A stretch of 64,000 bases of DNA from the NCBI GenBank assembly GCA_963810095.1, contig CAWEMM010000007.1, positions 416,001 through 480,000 on the forward strand, written 5' to 3'. Position 1 is the stretch's first letter. Every line of letters starts with the position of its first letter. A model generated the notes under the pieces. That model was given only the letters and a program-made list of their open reading frames with translations. It was not told where the DNA came from and made no database searches. The DNA comes from an uncultured Chloroflexia bacterium (lineage in GTDB: Bacteria > Chloroflexota > Anaerolineae > CG2-30-64-16). The translations under genes were made by a program, and so were the position numbers. Below are positions 57,391-64,000 of this stretch, piece by piece.

Positions 57391-59677
57391 ATGAAGGTGA
57401 AGTGGCTCACAACCCTTCTGGTCTTCGTTTTACTCCTGGCTGCCGTCGTCCCGTTTGCTTCGGCTCAGGGAACCGTCCAGGGCACAGATGACGTGCCGAA
57501 CGTCGGTGCAAACACCGACAATCCCTCGCATCCACTGGGAGACCAACAAGCGGCCGAGCGCGCCAAGGGCGTCGAGGCGAAGCTGAACGGCAAAGCCCAG
57601 GGCAAGGTCCACGAGGTTGCCCGCGGCCAGTATGTCGAACTGCAGCGCCTGGGCGAAGACAGCATTTGGACGGTGCTGGCCCAGTTCGGCAACCAGGTCA
57701 ATCCCACCTACGGCGGGACGGCCGGTCCTGTGCGCAATCAGATCCCGCAGCCCAACCGGGCGGTCGACAACACGACGATCTGGGCTCCCGATTTCAGCCA
57801 ACCCTATTTCCAGAATCTCCTGTTTGCGGATGGCGCGGGCGCCATTTCCATGCGCAACTTCTACAAGGAGCTTTCTGCCAACCGCTATACGGTGAACGGC
57901 GATGTGACCGATTGGGTCCAGGTGCCGTTCAACGAGGCGAACTACGGGTCGAACTACTGCGGCGGCATCGTCTGCGCCCGCACGTGGCTGTTTGTCCGGG
58001 ATGCGGTCAACGCGTGGTATAACGCACAGATTGCAGCGGGGAAGAGCCCGGCCGACATCGCCGCGTACCTGGCCAAGTTCGACGTCTGGGACCGGTACGA
58101 CTACAACGGTAACGGCAACTTCAACGAACCGGACGGCTACATCGATCACTTCCAGGCCGTCCATGCCGGTGAGGGCGAGGAGACCGGTGGCGGCGCCCAG
58201 GGCACGGATGCCATCTGGAGCCATCGCTGGTACGCCTTCTATAATAACATCGGCTTCACGGGCCCCGCTTACAATCCGCTGGGCGGCGTTAAGATTGGCG
58301 GCACGGATCTCTGGATCGGCGACTACACCGTCGAGCCCGAGAACGGCGGCGTAGGGGTCTTCGCGCATGAGTTCGGCCACGACCTGGGCCTCCCTGACCT
58401 GTACGACACGTCGGGAAACACCGGCGGCGCGGAGAACTCGACCGGCTTCTGGACCCTGTATTCCTCTGGCTCGTACGGCAACTCGGGCAAGCCCGAGGAC
58501 GGCATCGGCACGAAGCCCATCCACATGGGTGCGTACGAGAAGCTCTTCCTGGGCTGGTCCAACTACCAGGTTGTCGCGGCCGGGCAGTCGGCTTCGCTCA
58601 AGATCGGGCCCTCGACGGCCAACACCAAGCAGGCGCAGACGCTCGTCGTCCTGCTGCCCGACAAGCAGATCGAAAGCTTCATCGGCAACCCCTATGCGGG
58701 CAGCTACTTCTACCACTCCGGTTCGGGCAACGATCTGGACAACAGCATGACCCGCAGCGTGACCTTACCCGCGGGCGCAGTGTCGCTGTCGGCGAAGGTG
58801 CGTTACGATGTCGAGCTTGACTGGGACTACGCCTACCTGACGGTCAATGGCGCACCGGTTGCCACCAATCTCTCGTCGGGCACCAACCCGAACGGGCAGA
58901 ACTTCGGTAACGGCATCACGGGCTCGTCCGGCGGCAACTGGGTCGACCTGACGGCCGACCTGTCCGCCTTCGCGGGACAGACGGTGACGCTGGGCTTCCG
59001 CTATTGGACGGACGGCGCGGTGGCCGAGGCCGGCTTCGGCGTCGACGATATCGCGATCACGGGGCTCCCGATCGACGATGCGGAGAGCGACTTTGGCTGG
59101 TCGTATGCTGGCTTCAGCCGGACCACCGGGACGACCGCACAGTCGTTCTCCAATGCCTACTTCGCAGAGTTCAGGCAGTACAAGGGCTATGATGATTCGC
59201 TGCGGACGGGTCCCTACAACTTCGTCTGAACTGGCGACTGGGCCGAGCGCTTCCCGTACCAGGACGGCTTGCTCGTCTGGTACTACGACACCTCGTTTGC
59301 CGACAACAACGTGGGCGACAACTGCGCTTCGGGGCGCTGCGGGGGCCTGATGCTGCCCGTCGACGCACATCCCGACCTGTTGATCCGCCCGGACAACGGC
59401 AAGGTGTGGCGGCCGCGCGTCCAGTCTTACGACTCCACCTTCGGGTTGGACAAGACGGACAAGATCTCGCTTCAGGCTGGCGGCGCGACGGCCAGTACGG
59501 CGGCCTGCCGGCAAACCCGCTGTTTGACGACACGTAAGCTACTGGCGCGCGCCCGACGCGTCGATTGGGAACTTCGGCTGGTCGAGCGTGCCCCTGCCCG
59601 CCACCGGCACGACGATTCGCGTCGTCAGCGTGTCGGCTCAGGGTGGCTTCATGCAGGTCCAGGTAGGCAAGAAGTAA
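57391..59677 (+). CDS. Immune inhibitor A (M6) metalloprotease; several indels at 59225-59580
   Basis: Signal peptide; 'HAGEGEE.GGG', 'IWSHRW', 'HEFGHDLGLPDLYD', 'GYDDSL', 'YQDGLLVWY', 'LPVDAHP'. The restored frame ends 'QVQVGKK' at TAA 59675-59677. Confidence 0.9.
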
Positions 59678-59700
59678 CGCCCGGCTGCGCCTGACGATGT

Positions 59701-59735
59701 CACGAGGCCGCCCGCACGTGTGAGGCGGCCTCGTG
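59701..59735. terminator. Hairpin between convergent genes
   Basis: cacgaggccgcc-N11-ggcggcctcgtg, perfect 12-bp stem. Confidence 0.65.
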
Positions 59736-59737
59736 CA

Positions 59738-60244
59738 TTATGGGGGCGCGCTAGCGCAGCGCCTGTGCCAGTTGCGCGCCCCACTTTCGACGCGTTCGAT
59801 CTCCCCGTCCTTCAGCGGCCCGTACCTGTCCTTAACGATGAACTTCTCTGGCCCGCCGGCCGCCGCGTAGCCCTTCTCGGCGAGTGCCTTGCCGATGGAC
59901 TTCGCCGCGCTGCCCGGCGACCACCAGATCCGCGTCTCGAACCCCGCGCTCCGGCCGCTGCCTGCGGGCAGTTGCTCGAGCCAGGCGCGCATGCTCGGAT
60001 GCGACAGGTCGGGTGGGATGCGGTGCTGCATAGGGTTGTTCAGCGACTTGACCATGCTCTCGGTGGGCAAACTGAAGCCGAGCAGCGGCGCGCCGGCCAC
60101 GATCAGGTCGACACCGGCCAGGGCGCCGCCCATTGCTTCGGCCGTCGACATCGCTTGCGCCTCCGGGCCGATCCCTTCCGCAATCGCGCGCGCAATGGCC
60201 GCGGTGTTTCCCCAGTGGGACTCATAGACGATGATTGCTTTCAC
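59738..60244 (-). CDS. Flavodoxin-like protein
   Basis: 'IVYESHWGNT..IARAIAEG', 'DLIVAGAP', 'FETR', 'GPL.DGEIER'. Confidence 0.85.
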   Translation of the reverse strand: MKAIIVYESHWGNTAAIARAIAEGIGPEAQAMSTAEAMGGALAGVDLIVAGAPLLGFSLPTESMVKSLNNPMQHRIPPDLSHPSMRAWLEQLPAGSGRSAGFETRIWWSPGSAAKSIGKALAEKGYAAAGGPEKFIVKDRYGPLKDGEIERVESGARNWHRRCASAPP

Positions 60245-60339
60245 GATGCTTGCCTTTCTTCACGGGCTGCTGTGTAAGTGGCCTGCCGGCTCGAACTCAC
60301 AAACCTGCCCAACGCCCCATCGAGTCGGTTTGAATGTGC

Positions 60340-61149
60340 TTAAGCCAGCGCAGGCGCCCGCTTCTCGACCGGCTTCCCTGCGTGCTTGCGGTAATAGCGC
60401 GTCGCCAACCAGATGAAGAGTACCATCACGGCGAAGACTTCCAAAAAGCCTAAGGTTGCCAGCACGGGCAGCGTTAGCCCGTCCTTTACCAGCGTCACGA
60501 GCTGGCCCATGGGCTGCAATAAGGGCCAGAGGATGAAGACGTTCTTGGTCAGGCGGAAGACCACGGCATACATGACGCCGACGAGGAAGAGGAACCCGAT
60601 TTCGCTCAGCGGCATGCCGTAGCCGATATGGTAGGCCGCGTAAATCAGCGCGCCGACCAGGATCGCAGGGATGATGCCAAACGCATCTTCCAGCCGCAGC
60701 TGCACCCAGCCACGCCAAAACACCGCCTCGAAGAAGCCGATGGCGAGGGACAGCGCGACGAGCGGCACAAACTGCGTAGGCGCCGGCAGCTGTGTTACGC
60801 GGAGCGTCGGCATGAACTGCAGTGCGGCGAAGACGAGCTGCAGCACAAGGCTCACGCCGAGCAGCCGGGTGGTGATACCCAGATCGGACACCGGCCGGCG
60901 GCGCACCGCAACGGTCCAGTACAGCGGGATGCCCAGGCCAAAGACCGTGGCCGTCAGAACGCCGTAGAGGAAGAAATACCCCATGCCCCCGGCCACGCTG
61001 GAACCGACCACGTTTGTCGCAAGGTACAGCGATCCGGTGACGAGGATCCAGGAGACGGCAACCGCGGCGAGGTCCCGGCCGGGCCGCCAGCGGAAGGTAA
61101 AGATCTGCCTGATGGTGGATGCGAGCGACGGGCCGAACGACTGAGCCAT
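60340..61149 (-). CDS. CPBP (Abi/CAAX) family intramembrane metalloprotease
   Basis: Multi-TM; 'FFEAVFWRG', 'YAAYH'; AGGAGG RBS. Confidence 0.75.
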   Translation of the reverse strand: MAQSFGPSLASTIRQIFTFRWRPGRDLAAVAVSWILVTGSLYLATNVVGSSVAGGMGYFFLYGVLTATVFGLGIPLYWTVAVRRRPVSDLGITTRLLGVSLVLQLVFAALQFMPTLRVTQLPAPTQFVPLVALSLAIGFFEAVFWRGWVQLRLEDAFGIIPAILVGALIYAAYHIGYGMPLSEIGFLFLVGVMYAVVFRLTKNVFILWPLLQPMGQLVTLVKDGLTLPVLATLGFLEVFAVMVLFIWLATRYYRKHAGKPVEKRAPALA

Positions 61150-61468
61150 GGCGACCTCCTTTGACGATACCAGACCGTAGTAACGTTGCCACAATCGCAG
61201 CGGCGGGGGCCGATGCGTATTATCCGCGGCCTGAGTATGAATACGCTTCCACCATACCCGGGTTGCGCTCGCTTGGAAGCACGGTAATGGGCCGGCAGCC
61301 ACACAAAGGATCGTTCGAATAGGTCCGCCATGCCTGCATTTCGAGATTCGCCGGGTCCGTGATACAATGGGCACTTGGTCACCCATTGCGACCTGTGGTC
61401 CACCGGTGTTCTCGACGGGGCCGCTCTTTGGACGGGTGAAAATCCATGCGATCTGGAGTGATGTGCTG

Positions 61469-61915
61469 ATGAGTGCCGTTGAGACCAAAACCCAACTACC
61501 CAAGGAAGGCCCACGGCCTTTCAGCAAGCAGCCTCTGGCGCACCCCTTTGAGGTTGGCGAGACCTACGCCAATCGTAACGGCAGCTATGAAGTGGTCGAG
61601 ATCGCGCCGCCCAAGATGACGATCCGCTACGCGAACGGCCGGACGGACGTGGCCGATATCGCCATCCTCGCCCGCATCTGGGAGAACCTGCAGCTCCCGC
61701 CTGAGGTGCCGGAGGAGGAGCCGCGCAGGCGGACGCCTGCTAAGGCAGCCGCCAAGACGACCGACGCGCCCGCGGCTAAGACTCCGGCCGCTAAGCCGGC
61801 CAAAGCGCCGGCCGCCCCGCGCACGACCAGGGCCCGCCGGCAGCCGAAGGCCGCGGCGGCGCCCGATCTCCCCGCTTCGCCCGAGAGCGACACGCCGGCC
61901 GTAACGGGCAGCTAA
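61469..61915 (+). CDS. Hypothetical protein: small beta-rich domain plus Ala/Lys/Pro-rich basic tail
   Basis: GGAG RBS, upstream TGATACAAT at 61360-61368, GC-biased codons, downstream hairpin. Confidence 0.65.
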   Translation: MSAVETKTQLPKEGPRPFSKQPLAHPFEVGETYANRNGSYEVVEIAPPKMTIRYANGRTDVADIAILARIWENLQLPPEVPEEEPRRRTPAKAAAKTTDAPAAKTPAAKPAKAPAAPRTTRARRQPKAAAAPDLPASPESDTPAVTGS

Positions 61916-61936
61916 GTGTCGATCCGAAAGCTCGCC

Positions 61937-61959
61937 GGGGGCGGTCTCTGACCGTCCCC
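61937..61959 (+). terminator. GC-rich hairpin after the hypothetical gene
   Basis: ggggcggtc-tct-gaccgtcccc; no clear U-tract. Confidence 0.4.
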
Positions 61960-62063
61960 ACTGGCTCCGTTGGGGACTGCCCGAGCATTCCTCGCATAGA
62001 CCCTCAAGCCCTTCTGTCCGGGCTTCACCCCCGGTCCTCCGCTCGTCAACATGCCTTGCCGGC

Positions 62064-62093
62064 TTGACGCCATGTGTTGCCCTGTGCCATAAT
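62064..62093 (+). promoter_or_regulatory. Putative sigma70 promoter for the second S8 protease
   Basis: TTGACG-N18-CATAAT with extended TG. Confidence 0.45.
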
Positions 62094-62220
62094 CTCCCCG
62101 CGCAGTCAGGGTGACGCGAGCGCAGTGTCGGCACTTCAGGCGTCTCCCTTGCCAGGCCGGATCTTGCGCAACTTCAGGTCTTCCTCATTCAATTTGGGGC
62201 ACACCGAAAGGGGAATTCGA

Positions 62221-64000
62221 ATGCCTCGTCTTCCACCGCGTGTTGTCGATCCTCCTCCTCGTCGTTCTTGTCCTGAGCAGTGCTCTTAACGCGAGCGCGG
62301 CTCCGCAAACGCTGCCGGCGGCTCGAACCGCAGCAGTGGACCAAGCGGACAGCATCCCCGTCCGATTGGCCAATTTCGAGTTTGATCCGCTGGCAGCCGG
62401 TGGGCTGGCTGCTGTGCTCCCTGAGGGCCAGGCCGCGGCCGCGGGCGCCGCTCTGGCGGGCGGCGGCTACTACCTCGTACAGTTCGACGGACCCATTACG
62501 AGCGACAGGCTGGCCGCGCTGGAAGGCGCAGGCGCGGCAGTCTTTGACTACGTCCCCGACTTCACGTTCATCGTCCGCATGGACCCGGCGCAGCGGAGCG
62601 CGGTCGAGGGGCAGTCTGGCGTGCGCTGGATCGGCCCGTATCTCCCGGCCTTCCGGCTCAGCCGCGACATTCTCGCCTCTAGCGTCGCTGCCGAAGGGGC
62701 CGCGCTCCCGGCCACCGCCACGGGTGACGGCAAGCAGTCGATCCCCATGACCCGCACCTCGCCCGAGATCATGGTCGACCTGTTCCCCGGCGAACCCGCC
62801 GCCGGCGTCGAGGCCGCAATCGAGCGGTGGGGCGGCTCGGTTTCTGACCGCAGCACGAACGAGTGGGGCACCAAGCTCAAGGTGAGCGTGGCTGCGGATT
62901 ACCTGGCCGAACTGGCCGCGCTCCAGGGCGTGCGCTGGATCGAAGCCGCGCCGCAGTGGAAGCTCGACAACAACAAGGCCGCCGACGCCATGGGCGTGCG
63001 CAGCGTCTGGAATGCGCAAGCCTTGCGCGGGGCCGGCCAGGTGGTGGCCGTGGCCGACACCGGCCTTGACACCGGCTCAACCGCCCCGGCTCAGCTGCAC
63101 GACGACTTCGAAAATGGCGGCGGCGCCTCGCGCGTCTCTGTCATTTACGACCGGGTGGGCGATGGCGGCAGCGACGTCAACTCGGGTCACGGCACACATG
63201 TGGCCGGCTCGGTGTTGGGCAACGGCAGCCGGTCGGGGTCGACGCCGGCCTCACACACCTACCCCGCGACGTCCTACGCGGGCGTGGCCCCCGAAGCAAC
63301 CCTCGTCTTCCAGGCCGTCGAAAACAACAGTTCGGGCGCGCTCTCGGGCATCCCAGCCGACCTGAATCAGCTGTTCTCGCAAGCCGAAGGCGCGGGGGCC
63401 AAGATCCACACAAACAGCTGGGGCAGCGCCACGGCTGGCATTTACACCGACAATGCCGCCGAAGTGGACCAGTATTCCTGGAACCACAAGGACTTCACCA
63501 TCCTCTTTGCCGCGGGCAATGAGGGCGTCGACCAGAATGGCGACGGCGTGATCGACCGCTATTCGATTGGCTCGCCGGCCAGCGCCAAGAACGCGATCAC
63601 GGTCGGCGCGAGCGAAAACAACCGGCCCAGCGGCAGCTCGCCCACGCCCGGCTACAACACACCGTGGGGCACAGGCAGTTGGCTGCGAGTATATCCGGCC
63701 AACCCCGTGCGCGACGATCACGTCTCGAACAACATCAACGGCATGGCGGCCTTCAGCAGCCGCGGCCCGACGGTCGACGGCCGCATTAAGCCGGACATCG
63801 TCGCGCCGGGAACAAACATCATCTCCACCTTTTCGTCGCTCGCACAGCCGAACGAGAACTGGGGCGCGGTCAACGCTTACTACGTCTACCAGGGCGGCAC
63901 CAGCATGGCAACGCCGCTGACCGCGGGCGCGACGGCGCTCGTCCGCCAGTTCTACACCGACGTCAAGCATGTCACGCCGTCGGCCGCGCTGCTTAAGGCG
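62221..64000 (+). CDS. Secreted S8 serine protease (KP-43/oxidatively stable alkaline protease-like), runs off the window; probable frameshift near 62235
   Basis: Absent from the ORF track because it has no stop. The frame from 62240 reads 'VLSILLLVVLVLSSALNASA', 'YLVQFDGP', 'VAVADTG', 'GHGTHVAGS', 'IHTNSWG', 'FAAGNEG', 'SSRGP..DGRIKPD', 'GGTSMATP'. Confidence 0.9.

Overview
GC-rich bacterial DNA, most likely Chloroflexota (Anaerolineae/Caldilineae-like). This is inferred from a C-terminal 'YLFLPIIRK' sorting-type motif, a PAC2-family gene, Ala/Pro-linker lipoproteins and the repeat types. More than 20 single-base frameshifts interrupt otherwise intact genes, which looks like unpolished long-read error, so split ORFs are annotated here as single genes. 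Layout: (1) 1-7.2 kb, 3' end of an extracellular contractile injection system (eCIS)-like locus (baseplate J-like, wedge/tail protein, DUF6519 fibre). (2) 7.3-14 kb, secreted 14-repeat RCC1 protein, methyltransferase, PCuAC/SCO copper chaperones, flavin reductase, MATE. (3) 14.2-44 kb, a ~30 kb LacI-associated catabolic cluster: ABC sugar transporter, mutarotase, FucI-type isomerase, RhaB-type kinase, no aldolase, a SorE-like reductase with a duplicated Rossmann domain, an SrlD-like dehydrogenase, an AraM/AraL-like pair, two UroD-like proteins and a creatininase-family enzyme, plus a divergent 11-gene operon (orphan TPP E1 alpha/beta, lactonase-like, MetE-like Zn enzyme, Cys-rich unknown, Nudix, adenylosuccinate-lyase-family, VOC). 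Seventeen 35-95 bp palindromic elements sit at gene junctions of this cluster, 15 of them built from 8-9 nt subrepeats; these families were not seen elsewhere in the window. (4) 44-64 kb, a cluster of mostly secreted peptidases/hydrolases (two S8, two M6/M11-like, dipeptidase-like, CPBP, lipase-like) with small accessory genes. The best candidates for an undescribed system are the junction palindromes and the aldolase-free modified-sugar pathway they punctuate.
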